Shown here piece after piece: positions 43,587 to 59,123 of a stretch of DNA of 64,000 nt. The number at the start of each line of letters is the position of its first letter. Position 1 is the stretch's first letter. The position numbers were made by a program, and so were the translations under genes. The notes below the pieces were generated by a model. It made no database searches. It was not told the origin of the DNA and saw only the letters and a list, made by a program, of their open reading frames with translations. The DNA is from Chrysomallon squamiferum. Its lineage: Eukaryota; Animalia; Mollusca. The stretch is from the NCBI GenBank assembly GCA_012295275.1, contig CM022670.1, forward strand, positions 24,614,001 through 24,678,000, read 5' to 3'.

Positions 43587-46580
43587 GTGTTCTTTTCTTT
43601 TATTGTTATATCTTCTTTTTCTCATCACTGTTTTGTTTTATTTCGCTCGTATTTGTCTCTACTATTTTAAAGGATTACTGTCCTATGCTAGTACTTTTAT
43701 ATGTGGAAATACTGTTTTAATTGAAATCACCTTCGTTTACTTTTCTTCTTCATTTTTTATCGTTAATTTTTTTTTTTTTTTTTTGTTCTTTGTTTAGTTG
43801 ATTGATTTATTTATTCTGTATTTTGCTGTTCTCTCGTGTATATACTTCTCTTTGAATATTTAATGTCTTGTATATCTTGAAACAGTTTTAGTCGAAGTTA
43901 TTGTCATACTGTCATTATTGTATGTTTTGCGTTCAAAATGAATCGTGGAACTGAATTATGGAAACGTTGCTATGCTTCTTTTAAACTGAATAGTGAGTGG
44001 TATTAATATATGAAAATTAACAGAGAGACAGACAAACAGACGATGTACGGGTTGACAGATTTACACCAGAGCTATTAAAAGTTAGGTATTGTTGTATACC
44101 ATTTTAAAATTTTGTTTATTTCATTATTTGTAATACGAACAATATTACCAGTGAATCGAAAATAATCAGTGTTGCAGTGTGAACTCCTTATTCTCTTTTG
44201 TTAATTTAATCGTGTTAATAAATAAATCATATACTCATTATTTTTTATTATTTTATTTTTATTTTACCAGGCTTTTGTTGATAATTACATAGAACATTTT
44301 ATTAAAGTCTCAGATTATTTTGCACAATAATAAAATTACTGTTTAAAATTCAGAACCAAAATATATTACTTACTAACATGTTAATAAGCAATGAATTTTA
44401 AAACTGTATTAGTTTGATCATTTCTTTCCTAAAAAAGGGTCTTCACTAGTTAATGTAACAAAAATTTTCTTGCCCGAAAAAAAAAAAAAAAAAAAGAAGG
44501 TAATAATAAAAAGTAATGCCAAAATATTCCAGTCTTTATTTTCTGTATTTAAAACGTCTTAGTGATCAAGCTTATCTCTTTTCACAAAATTATATGTCTG
44601 GACGATGTGCATCCAAATAAGTAAAACAAACCAACGGCTACAGTGGTGACATATGCTAATCATTCATTATGTTATTCCACATATCCGTGTTTTACCTCCA
44701 ACTTTCTTTCGGATCGTCATCACCATTTTCTTGATAATAACCAAATCAGTTAGCTTGGAATTCAAAACGTTTACAATTAAAATAAGCAATAAAAACAAAA
44801 CAAAAACAACAATCTGCATTTAAATGCGACTTCATTTAGTAAGTCCCCGTGGCTTCTCAAACCTCTGATCTTAACCAAACATTTATTTATCTATTAAAAA
44901 CAATTACCTTTGTACTTCTTAGACTTGAAGACTCACCGGCGAAAAAACACAATTTTAATTACAGTGTAATGCTTGCGATAGAGATATCATTCTACAAGTT
45001 GGGATATACTAATCGTATAGGATAATCCAGATAATCCTATAAATACTGGCAACAGACAATAATCGTGGAGGATAATAGTGACATTAAGCCATTCTCCTGT
45101 CATCAAAATCGCCGTCTGTTGCCGATGGCTTTGTGAGAAACGTTAGTAATAAGTAAGTAGTAGTAGAGACATAGGTTGTTGTTATTATTATTATTAATTT
45201 AGTGCATATTATGATTCAGATATAGATATATAGACAGATAGATAGATAGAGAGATATGTAAATTAAAAGTGTTAAATGTATTCCCATTTCGCTTAGTTCA
45301 ATCAAACGATTGACTTGCCTATAAATATAATTTATTATTATTACATTGCTTATTCAGTAGTTTAAAATACTGTTCACTACTACTTTATTCGATTATATTT
45401 TCAAATCCATTCTTATTATCCTTAAATAATTCAATATTATATATAACTTTATAAAAAATAAAGATAAAAAAGAAGTTCGTTACGCATTTACCAGTCTTTT
45501 GTTTTTCTTTCTTTAAAAACCCCGACAAAATGAAAAAACAAAAAACAACAACAAAAAAACAAAGAAGAAGGAAAAAAAGAAAACTGTTTAGCAAATCAAA
45601 CTGTAGATGTACAGCCAGTCAGTACAACTGAGGGTTATTGACTTCACCCGCCTCTCCAGACTAGTCTGTCGTCTGGCAGTAACTACTTGAGAAACATACA
45701 ACCGTCTCAAGTCGCCAGAAGCAGACGTTAAAACGCGCACCAGTGTTAATTTCGTTACGTTCAGACATAATAACACTTAATTAGTTCGTAATAATCGCTT
45801 TATAACAGTTTTCTAATTACGGTTACATAATAATAAAAAAATAAAACTGAAAAAAATGTTGTAAAAGAATATTTTATTTTAACTGTGTAGCCAACGAAAC
45901 GTGAAAATAATGAGAATTTTAGTATATTTAACTAACAGTTGCAAACTTTAAACTGTTCTTTCATTATAGAATAGCGTATTCCAATTTATTATTAATATTA
46001 TTATTAGTATTATTATCATCATCATCATTATTATTACCCAAATGCACAGACCACAAGTACACATGCACACACACAAATGTATTATTTTAAAATATGTGTA
46101 TCTGAATAGGCTTAAAGGGACGAATTTAACATCTGAGAAAGAGGAGGTGCTATCAAAGTGATAAATAACATTATATAAAATAGTTTTCAGCATAAAGACT
46201 AGAATAATGACGAGGACACAAACGGTTATGGGGAAAGCTACATCTAAATCCGCATCTACTTGCTGTAAATGAGATAGTCGACCAAAAACTATTCAAATCA
46301 CTCTCCTCAAAGAGAAGACGAAGACAAAGCTTTAATTTGTGTAATTAGCTTAGAAGAGCTTTAATTATTTTCCAGTGATTTGTTTATTACTGGTCTGAAC
46401 AGACATGTTTTATTGTCTCACTAGACCTAAAACCAATTTTTAATCAGGGTATGTCAGACATATGTATAGCAAGAGGTGTTAACAGTGAGGCCAGTTTCAG
46501 TAATGATTTAAACCAAGACGAAATGTATCACTGCAATGGTTAAAATATTCCATATGAGATTCATTTTTATGTATAATTGC

Positions 46581-46623
<43 letters not shown>

Positions 46624-47379
46624 AGTGTGTGTGTGTGTGTGTGCCTGCGCACACTCTTGTGCAATGTTATAAATAAATCCATTGGCCAAATTCATGCATT
46701 CAACTATTAATCAGTTTTATAATTTCGAAAACTATAACTGTTACAAAATATTCTTGTAGTTATCTCTGTACTGTTTATATTTTCTTCAGTTAAGTTAAAA
46801 TGAAAACCACACTTTCAAGTCACTTCGTCAAAAGCAAACCGCTGGAATTTTTATTAGCAGCAATTACTCACTGGTTGAACGAATGTACTCAAACGACGAA
46901 TAGGATCAAATACAGTCATTATTTTCTTAATGGACATAAAACGGCATGGTGTCTCTTATGAAGAACTGCATGTGAAGACTAAACACTAAGTTACTGTAAC
47001 AGTTTCATTATAGATTCTATAGGTAAAGTTATAGGTATATATATATCATATATAGGCCTGGTTACTGTAGAGATAAAATAAAATGGAATGAAATAAAAAT
47101 AAAATAAAATAAGTAAATAAATAAATGTTATCAATACTCCATTTCAATATATATAATTTTTCATAGAAAAGAGTAATAGCTGGTTTAAAACAATGCCTCT
47201 ATTCATATTATTTATAATGTTACATAATTTATGACACTTTCACACATCTTATTTATTTAAACGATATAAATACTATCTTAGTTCTGACCCAAGGCGTGAC
47301 TAGTTGTAGATCAATCCTCTTTTATCTTCCACTGGTTTTTTCCCCCCGATTCCAGCAGGAAAACCGTGTAAAATACTAC

Positions 47380-47753
<374 letters not shown>

Positions 47754-48851
47754 ATGAACAGAACATATAACACGTATTTTTCTGCATTTTTCTTTTTCTA
47801 AATTTAATTCAACCGTTAATATTATACTTTACGTTATTTCAAAAGTTGTGATGTCATTCTTGTGATAATATCACAGTTGTCTCTAGAGAGTTACATACGA
47901 ATGACATGTGTCAGTCAGTCCTCAATTTATGACCTAATCTAAATCCCGGAGACAAAACACATATCCCTTCTATTATATTTATATCTTTGCTTATGTACAG
48001 CTTATTTTGAATAAACTAAATATAGGATTGATAACATTGTATTATCTTCTACGTGGCATTAATCCAAAGGATATAAATTTTTCCAACTTTCATAAAAGAA
48101 ACAAAATATTGATAAAGCAGAAAAAGTAAAATTTTGTGTTGGATAAACCTTATTTACTTTAACCCTGTACATGTCTGTATTTAATATATATCAATCTTAA
48201 AAATAAGAAGAAGAAGAAGAAATAAAAAAAAATAATTAATTTTGAACTGCAGAGCGCCAAATCTAAAATACGATTCTCTGTTTCCATCCAATTCAGAACT
48301 AAGTAAATTTTAATGGCTTCTACATCATTTAAAAAAAAACCTAAACGTTACAACAAAACAGCTCATTTCATTGTCAGCGATAAATACTTTTTTTTTCTCT
48401 GTTTTCACTTGAATGGTGATTACGTCAAACAATCAGCAAACACGGAAAAGGTTACCGCTAAACACACAGATCGCCAGATTGAATGAGTAGTGAAAAGTAA
48501 GACAAACAATCAACTACGAATGGTTGCATTTTGTCTCAAGCGTCAACAAGTCGGGTATGTACTGTACACACACTGCATTGTGCAGATTCGATTATTTACA
48601 CTGGAAGATCATGTTGTTTATCTACGTTCAACAGACAGTGCTTATCCGTGTGAACTTGTCCCCAGGGTGTCTCTTTCGGGCTGACAGTCATAAACAGTAG
48701 GCTAGGTGTTGACATCCAATTAGAAGTTCGTTTCCCGGCTCTTGCACTCGAGTGACGCTATCTTACGTGATGGAATTTACACACATACAAACAACTGCTG
48801 AGATTATTATTTGGCGACAATATAGTGAAGATAATTTTAAGTGAAAGAAAC

Positions 48852-49063
48852 AAGTTAATTACGTCATGTGATGACGATATTTTATTTTATTTTATTTTTT
48901 TTAAATTTATTTACGTCGATCGTTAGAAATTATATTTTATTCGTAGTAAAAGGAAAAAGTTAATGACGTCATGTGATGATGATCTTTTATTTTATTTTAT
49001 TTTATTTATTTATTTGTCTTTTTAAATGTATTTATCTCGATCGTTGGAAATTATATTTTATTC
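48852..49063. repeat. Two-copy ~105-bp tandem duplication
   Basis: aagttaat(t/g)acgtcatgtgatga...tcgatcgtt(a/g)gaaattatattttattc occurs at 48852 and 48957. Confidence 0.85.
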
Positions 49064-49587
49064 ATTCGTTCATTATCATCATTGTGGTCGTCATCTTTGA
49101 CTTTTTTCTGTTGCTTTATTATGTATTTTGTTAGTTAATGAAGATCCTTTAAAAGAAAATATGTAACTGACAATTTTTTAAAACTGATTTTTATACAAAT
49201 AATTAAGAGTATTGATAAACCAATAAAATTAACTAATCAGTTCAATAAACAAAATTTTGAAATTAAAAATGTTTTCAAGTGAAACAAAAACATTTCATTA
49301 TGATATGACTTTCTTTAGTATGTAATGTCATATTTTTTTTAATCGTAAAACACTTTTGATTACTGAAATCAACAGTAATAGAATATGTCTGTAATCATTT
49401 GCACAAAATAACTGTAAGCTTATAAACAAATATTTCAGAATTAAATCTTAAACAATCATTATCATCATCGTCGTTGTTGTTGTCATCAACATCTCTGTCA
49501 TCATCGGTTATTATATCTATGTAAGAAAACCATCTCCGATATTTATTTATTTATCTATTTATTTTTATTTATTTATTTATTTATATA

Positions 49588-49673
<86 letters not shown>

Positions 49674-50495
49674 TATTTTATTTTTCTTTAACTACTGCTA
49701 ATATGGACAAGGGAAACAACTCTTATATTCCCATGTGAACAGCGATATGCAAAGTTTTGGTTACTAAGTTTCGATGTTTTAAATATAACAGGGTCACGAA
49801 AGGATGTCCGTTTATTTTAAAAATATGAAATAAAAAGGTTTTACATTTTGATATCTCTTTAACAGTGCAGAATATATTTATAGTTAATTAGCTTCGGTCA
49901 TCTCAGAACATTGATCCTGTTAAACAGCGCTAACGGAACACTGATTTCATTGTTCACATAAAACAACAAAAATTAGAAAATATATTAATAATAAACAATT
50001 AATCAGTCATATAAACAAACAAACAAACAAACAAATAAATAAATAAATAAATAACTTAAATTTTGTTTACAGAATGTGATCTTTAATCTTAAACAACTGT
50101 CATAAAACTAACGACAATCAAGTAACATATTTTCTGGATTTAGGACGGATTTTTAAGGTCGGTTTCAGTTTGTACTCTTTTTTATTTATTTATTTATTTC
50201 TGTATTTATTACATCAAGTTTATCTGTTTTTTTCCATCGAGAAAGAGAAAACTTTGATTAGGAAGTAAACCAACTTAATCGCATGATGATATCGTAGTCG
50301 AATATTCCCTAGGCTTTTTATCTCACAAAATATTTTCATGACACGATATATTTATTTATTTATTTATTTATTTAGCAAGGATTTGCTTCAGCATTTTTTC
50401 CCTTAAACTCATCGTAGAATGAAATGTAATTGGTTTTAAAATTATTAAATAATAATTGATTTAATGTAAAATTAATTTTTATTCTTATTTGTAAC

Positions 50496-50555
<60 letters not shown>

Positions 50556-51915
50556 GCAGTAGTAGTAGTAGTTATTGTTGTTGTTGTTAATTTAATCTAA
50601 TTTAATTTTATATTGGAAAAAAAGAAAAAAAAAGTCTAATTTTATAATTATGTTGGTAAAATGTTTAGGCTGAAGATTATCTACCCTTGACTATTCGTCA
50701 GTACAAACATTAGTGCGAGCTAATGTTTCAAAAGACTGAGTCAATCGGAATTCGTTGGCAAAAAGACCCCGCGTCCAAAAATGTCAATGGTGTACGCAGA
50801 CAAACACACACACAAACATACTCACAAACACACACACACACAGAAACACACACATATACGTAAAAAAAACCCACATACAGCACAGCCTATATATACTTAC
50901 TGACATGCAGACACATACATACATACTCACAAACACATTCATATACTTGTTTGAGATCCACAACATGTATTAATGAATGATTATTTTGTACTTCATTTTT
51001 TTTCAACAAATATTGCCATTTGATTTATTGGCACTTTTATACATACATACATATAATATATAATAACATTTCTCTACTTTCAGAAATATATCCAATATTA
51101 TTTATCTTGAGATACGTTTCACTCATACTTATATACAAACACACACATACATTCTTAGATATACACATACATGCACAGATAGATAGATAGATACATACAT
51201 ACATTCATACAATCACATACACACATACATACAAACATACAAACATACCTACACACATACGCAAATACATATATAGATACATACATACATACACACACAT
51301 ACATACAAGCATGCATACAAACATACATACAAACATACTACACACATACGCAAATACATATATAGATACATACATACATACATACACACATACATATATA
51401 GATACAAAGGTACATAAACATGCACAGAATCTAACAAATAGATGACAAGAATGTGACAAACAACTCAACGTGAACATTCCTAAAATACATTTTACTTACA
51501 CAGATATCTTTTATAGTGAAAAAACAACAACAAAAAACAACAGTTTTGTATACATTAAATAAAAGAGAGAGTAAAAAAAAAACACATTTGGAAACCGCAA
51601 AATGTTAGTCATTATTCGAACACAATGGCAAAAATCCACACGAAATTTCGGACTATGGGCGTTTCGGCGGCGTTAATGGATTCATTTAATTAGTTTCTCT
51701 CAATGTAAGCACTTATTTACATGCATTATTCACGCATGAGCGCACGCCGTAGCATCGTTCCCGGTTTTCACTGGAGTGCCCCGCCGCGCGTGAGGCGATT
51801 GAAAAACAAAGATTTCACAGTCGTCTGTGCGTTATAATTCCCACTGAGCGTCAAGCAGGCGACTGAGGAAAGCAAAACAAGAAAAGACGCAGACCGTTAG
51901 TCTTGCTACCCCGAA

Positions 51916-51946
<31 letters not shown>

Positions 51947-52920
51947 TAGATATAGATAGAGATATATCAGAAAAAACCCCAACAAAACAATCCGCCTCCG
52001 AACATTCGCGCGCCCCCAAAACATCACTTTTATATATATATATTTTTTTTATTACAAATGCAGGCGCGTGGGCGGTTTACAACGCGACGATCCACCCCAA
52101 TTTAATAAACGTGCAAAACGATACACAGAGATGAGGTAATGAGACTCGCCTGCAAAAAAAAAAATAGTATCATCCTCTTTATACAGTATTCATTTCTAAC
52201 CTGCATTTAATAACATCTAGGCGCAGTCAGTGTGTAGAGAGTTGTCACGAATAATATATTTTTTTTTATTTAAGACTTGTTATTGTGATCATGTGCAGTC
52301 TGATACAAGCCTAGCCATATCTGGTAAAGAAAGTTTTACGCAGATAAGCTTCATGTTGATGTATTTGTTTGTTTGTCGACATATACTGTTTTATTTATTT
52401 ATTTATTTATTTTAATTGATCAAATAACGGTTTTAATTTTTCTTTATTATTATATATGATTTGTTGCTGATACTGCTGATGTTAGTTGTGTTCCAGCTGC
52501 TGTCACGGATACTGTCACCAGTTTCTAATATTTCCTTCGTTTCGTATTTCACAGCTTTAGGGTCATTATGATTACCAAATAAATGTAAACATATCCTAAC
52601 CGACAAACAAGCATGTCCTTAATGTCACAGCTGTTTCTTTCTACGCACCCTTGGTTATTATATATATATATATATGTTACAGAAGACATGTATAATTCCT
52701 GAAAATGTCAGGTGAATATCTTCTTGCAGCCATTGCATTGTCAGTATCTTGAAAGAATCAGGGAATATAAAATACATTTGATATTTAAAATATCTCTCTC
52801 TTACAAAAAAAAAAAAAAAAAAAAAAAACCACACACATAACACACACACACGCACATACCCATACACATTATACACATACTTACAAACACATGGATACAT
52901 GCATACAGTCACACACACAG

Positions 52921-52951
<31 letters not shown>

Positions 52952-54397
52952 CAAATAGCTATACACATACATGTTATTAACTAACTAAACAACACTTCGT
53001 TAAACAACACATTAAGCAAGAGGTTTAAAAATATTGTATGAAATATATACAAATATTAAAATACTAAATAATGATAAAAAAAAAACAGACAGAGAGATGG
53101 GTGGATAGAGGAAATTAAATTGGATGATTAGATACCTTGTGGATAAATACAGGATAAATAGGTCAGATCGGAAAGAAAGGACATTCTTTTCTCTGTGCTA
53201 TGATTATAATTACGTACTGTGTACGATCTCAAGAATTCGCTGATTCATTCTTATCAAAGATTTCACAACGTATTAACTTGTAACAGTGACTGTAACGTTT
53301 GCTGAAACGAGGCGTGACCGCTGTTTAACGATTTCTTATCACGAAGATGTTTCCAATAACAAAACCAGATTTCATCTTCAGTAATTATTAACAAGAAAGT
53401 ATGTAACACTATCGCCGTTCTTTAATTTATGGACCTCGTTATCTGAATATTTTATGGCATCAGGTGGCACTAAATTTCTTCTTCTTTTTCTCTTTTTTTT
53501 TATTTTAGTTCTTTTTTCTTCTTTTTATTTTTGCATTATTTTAATTTTTTTAATTTTACTAAACAAAAAAAAATAGGAAGAAATTTGATTTATATAAATT
53601 TCGCTCATAATATTATGAAAACTATCAGATTTTGACGTTGACTAAAAAGGGTTGTTGACGAAAATAATACTTGAACGATAATAATTAAATTAAATACTAC
53701 ACAATCATGAAGTGTTTCACGCTTCCATTTGAAATTTACATTTGTTTCGTCTGCTTTTGTGATGTTTTTTTTTTTTTGTATTTTATTTGTTTTTGTGCAA
53801 GTTAGCGTAAGTCAGAAACAAGAAAATGTATTTTGTTTTTACACCAACAGTTAACTTTGTGTACCAACCTTCGCCTGCACGTGACCACAGAACCTACCCT
53901 GCTTACGAAAGCTTTGCCACCTAACCTGTATACCACAAACGGTTTTATCATATAATATGTAGACATACTATATGGAACCTTTTTTAACATCCTTCTAATA
54001 AAAAAAAAATATAAAAAAAGAAATTTTTAAAAATGTAATCACATGTCAAAGTACTTTCTGTATTAATTAATGGTGTATGGTAAGGTATAGGAGAAAAAAA
54101 ATGTGCCGAAAGCTTCAAATTTGGTATCACGACATGATTCTGAGAGCTGTTTAAACATTTTATTAAAGTTTAGATGTATGCCTAATTCAAATGTTCACAA
54201 TAACAAGTGGTATGGGCGATGCTACTAACAAAGAATTTTACTGTTATTTTGCTCATGGCTAGCATTTTCGTCATTAAATTCAGCGTTTGTAGCGTCTCTC
54301 TAAATAACATAGTATTTTAATTTGTCATTGTGATTCTTGTTTAGGTGATTTGTGAAATATGGGATCGTAAATGTCTCAAATTTTTAATGAATAGATT

Positions 54398-54428
<31 letters not shown>

Positions 54429-54548
54429 TTATCATCATCATCGTTATGATGCAAAATATTTTATAATATAATTGTACTGCAATATTTTTTTCATATTTTC
54501 TGATGAAAATTGATTTTATTTATTCATTCATTTTATATTTCAAATAAC

Positions 54549-54615
<67 letters not shown>

Positions 54616-55389
54616 TAATAATAATATAATAGGCACGAAGTACAATCTTTTCGTACTGAGATGTAGTCATCTACGGACATGTAAATTATTATTACTGAAT
54701 TTGTATCAGTTTAGAAGGGCGAACCCATATTTAAAAAAAACAAAAACGAACTAGGCGCTGTTTGAAGATGTCAACACTGAAACAAACATGTTTTATCATA
54801 AAGAACAAATCAAAGAACGGTAAAAATGTGGTAAACGTTGCCCCATATATAATACTGCTACTAGCATGTTTACTTATTTACTTATAAAAAAAAAAAAATT
54901 CTCTTCAGTACATATTTTACATCCTTTTCGCACTAGGTTTAAATAAACGTAACAAATTTGACAAATCAGAGTTATTCTCGTTTTTATTGGTATGTACAAT
55001 AAGAACGTTGTATTTCACTTCACGCGAGGACATTTAAAATGTAAATGTGAAAAGTAATGGCTGCTTTGTGATAATCGTTTAATAGACGGATTATTCGGTT
55101 ACGAGGGAACACGCAGAGAAAACAGTTTTTTCGTCATTTACGACTTTTGGGCGGAAAGCATACGAAAGTTTAAACGAGAAACATGAACTACGTTTTAAAA
55201 AACCATGTAAATTATGCTGGATACATTGAAATATTTTGTCTTTGTGCTCGTATGCAAACATACTTTTCATGTATAGATTTTTAGGTATAATTATATACAA
55301 AATCAAACACACCCAAACATAATTACATACACATGCACATACATCCATATATGAAAATATATACGTGTACGTACACACGTACACCAAAC

Positions 55390-55438
<49 letters not shown>

Positions 55439-55846
55439 GACAGACCCTTAAGTACGTACATAGACAGACAGACACACAGGCACAGACCCACAAACACAGC
55501 CAGAAAGAGGCAGCGAGACATTTTTTTCTGGGTGTTGTTAGATAATTTATACATGTATTCATCTTTCTTGGTCAGAAAAAGAAAGAAAAAAATCCCAACT
55601 GTAACCGTATACATTTTTCACCTATTTGCAACATGTATCAGTAACTATTTTCAGTTACATACCTTTATTTTATTCCGTATAGAGCATCTTCTTTTTTCTT
55701 TACACTTCTTTCTCTATATTATTTTTCCTTAAGGCGATAAAGTTTCGTTACTCAATTAACTGCATGTCTGTGAAACGGATGCTTTTTGTAATTTGACCGC
55801 ATCATCAATCAAGATATAAAAACACTAAAGAATAGCGTATTATAAC

Positions 55847-56170
55847 ACTTGGTATATTCTCCTGGTTTATATATATATATATAAAAAAAAAAATAATAAT
55901 AATAAACTTTAAGAAAATAAAAAAAAAAAAAAATATAATAAAATAAAATAAAATTCTAAGACTTGGTATATTCTCCTGGTTTATATATATAAAAAAATAA
56001 TAATAATAAACTTTAAGAAAATTAAAAATAAAAAAAAAAAAATATAATAAAATAAAATAAAATTCTAAGACTTGGTGTATTCTCCTGGTTTATATATATA
56101 TATATAAAAAAATAATATTAAAATAAAAAAATAAAAATAAAAAAATAAAAAAATAAAATAAAATAAATAA
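55847..56170. repeat. ~110-bp AT-rich tandem repeat, about 3 copies
   Basis: The unit head acttggt(a/g)tattctcctggtttatatata occurs at 55847, 55961 and 56070. Confidence 0.9.
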
Positions 56171-56441
56171 TGGATGCCCTAAAATGAGATGTTAAGAAAA
56201 AACATTTTATTATGATCTAAGTTTGGTTCATTTAAATTTTTATCTAAGAAATAAAATTTTAGCCAGTATCTCTATTACATTTTGTACATAAGAATCACAT
56301 AAAAACGAGATATGTTTTAATGATGTTAAAAACAGGGGGCTTTTTTTTTAATTAAGTAATTATTTTCCATCAAATGAGATCTAAGTACAATGCGGATGAA
56401 GAATAGGGTGTTTCGTGTTTATGTACATCTGACATGCATAA

Positions 56442-56475
<34 letters not shown>

Positions 56476-57967
56476 CAGATTTCGAAATATCGCGTATTTA
56501 AGACATTTTATTACGCACGTTTTTGTCCTCACTTCACCTGACTGATGAAACATCCTTTGTTACGGCGATAATTATTTTAACTCAATGGCGGAAATCATCC
56601 ATATTTGATTTCAAAATGCAAAAACACACGATTATCTCTATACGACGTTATTAATCATCAAGCCAGAAAACACATACAATGACTTTTATCTCGCGACTTA
56701 AAACAAAGTCACATAGTCTAGTCTGTTTATGTCTCTGTGTATGAGGTGTGAATGATTTAGCGATTTAAAAAAAAAAAATTAAAACCCAATTACTGTGATT
56801 TATAGTGTAATGTTAACCTGTGTATGTGTGTTTTTCTTTCTCTTTGTTTTTTTTTATTTGTTTTTGTTTTTTTGTTTTTCTTACCTGTTTTATATGTATA
56901 ATTATAGATTTTTATGTATGTGTTTATGTCTGTGTGCATGTATGCATGTATTTATGTATTTATGTATTAGAGTGTGTATTTATGTGAGTATTCATATGTA
57001 TGTGTGTGATTTATCTGAGTGTACATATATATGTCTGTCTGTATGTATGTATTTATATATATATTTATCTGTATGTATATATGTATGTATATATATATAT
57101 ATGTATGTATGTGTGTACATATATATGTATGTCTGTATGTTTGTATGTATATGTTATATGAGTGTTGTGAGAGTGTGTTTCGGTGTTTGAATCGTCAGTG
57201 TCTATATGTGGGTGTGTATATGCATATATGTACGTTTATATGCATGAACGAATTTCTATATATCTCTATATGTGTTTTTATATATAATCCCACTCTTCTA
57301 TAGTATATTTTTAAAGTGTTATTGACTATGTACACGTGTATATGTTACGACAAAGCTGTTTCAGAAATCATTTAAATCGTTACTACAAATCGCACTGTGT
57401 GTACTTATTGATATAATGTCTACCTGTTATGAGAAAAAGTTCCGTCTGAAATAATTTAAATGGTTTTACAAATAACTGGGACTCGAAAGCACCGTAGAAG
57501 ACTATAAAATATCATTATAGGTTAATGGACGGTTGATTTTTTTCTTTTCGCCTCCCACTTGATCAGATAAAAACTTCACAATCGAGGTAGCACGGTACTT
57601 TCCTGAACATCCTTGATTTTAAGTGAACGTTATCTTGAAACGTGACACCAGCACTGGCTGGGTACGGCGCAGTTATCAGGTTATAAAAAATGAATAAAGA
57701 TCGTTAATAAATAACGCTAGAAATTCACCTGATGAAATAAAGTAAACAGCTCGCACAGACGTTTTAAGCACAATGGATTTTTAATGTGGCTGTTACAGTT
57801 GTTGTTGTTGTTGTTGTTATCGTTACGGTGGTTGTTGATGTTGTTTTGTACGAAAAAAAAGAAGAAAATAATCTTTACAGAGCAGTAACTAACTGATAAA
57901 AGACGAAAAAAAAAAAAAAGAAAAGAAAATTAAAGTAAAAAGAAAGTGGAAAAACATTATAAAATAA

Positions 57968-58015
<48 letters not shown>

Positions 58016-59076
58016 AAAAAAAAAAAAAAAAAAAAAAGAATAAAAACAAAACAAAACAAAAGCAAATATACGAACATGAGCGCAAACACACAGACACACA
58101 CATACACACATTCGTTTCTGATTGAATATCTATGTGCGCTGTTGTGTATAAACATATAAGTGCGTGTTCGTCTCTGAAATGTCATATTTGCCATCAGTCT
58201 GGAGATAGATGTTTTTCCTTTATACCTTTAAAGACTATAATTCAAAGGATAATGTTACATAAACTATGGCTGTAGTTACTAGGGTATAAACAAATATTTC
58301 AAATTATTAAATTATTGTAATGTTGAGACCAGTGACAAAAGCTACTATTTTAGATCTAAAGCTGAAAGAAACTGAAATATTTACTGTTTTTGACATTTAA
58401 CTTCATTATGGTTTCAACTGCTTTCCACAGCTTAAGGCCTTCATAGCTTCCATCAACTCATGGCCTCTGCAGCTTAAATCTACTACAGCTTCTACTACTA
58501 AGGCCCGTTGCACTTTCAACTGCTTAAGGCCTACAGCCTAGATAACATTAAGGCCTCAACATTTTTTCGCACAGTTGGAAAGCTCTGCAGATTTCCAAAG
58601 CTTAGGACCCAGGCTGTCAAAATCTTGTCTGTTTTTACCAGAAGGAATTTCGTGTCTTGTTTGAAACCTTTGATTATTAAATAACGAAGCTTGTTGTCAT
58701 TAATTGTTCACGCATTATTAACCATCTGATGTCTTTGCATTAAAAAACACATTAAACACGTTATGACGATCCACAGGGATATATTAATGTCACTGGAAGG
58801 TATGCAAGATTATTATTTCAAGTAGAAACAGTGCTGACGTTGTTCAAGATTGTTCAGGTTTTGTTACAGGTTGTTGAGGTTGTTGTTGTTGTTGTTGTTT
58901 TTGTTATATGCAGTAGCATCAGTAACAGTATTAGTTGTTGTCATTGATGTTATAGTAGTAGTGGTTGTAGAAGTAGCAGCAGTTGTAGTAGTAGCAGTAA
59001 TAGTAGCAGCAGAAGTAGTAGTGTAAGTAGTAATAGCGGTAATTTTATATATTGCGAACAACAATAACAACAATAA

Positions 59077-59123
<47 letters not shown>

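Noticed and set aside
55847-56170. CRISPR-like repeat-spacer appearance
   Set aside because: Eukaryotic context, and the intervening sequences are themselves near-identical AT-rich copies; an ordinary tandem repeat.
58400-58620. Degenerate cagcttaaggcct short-period repeat
   Set aside because: Decayed minisatellite with irregular period and no coding or structural signal I can support.
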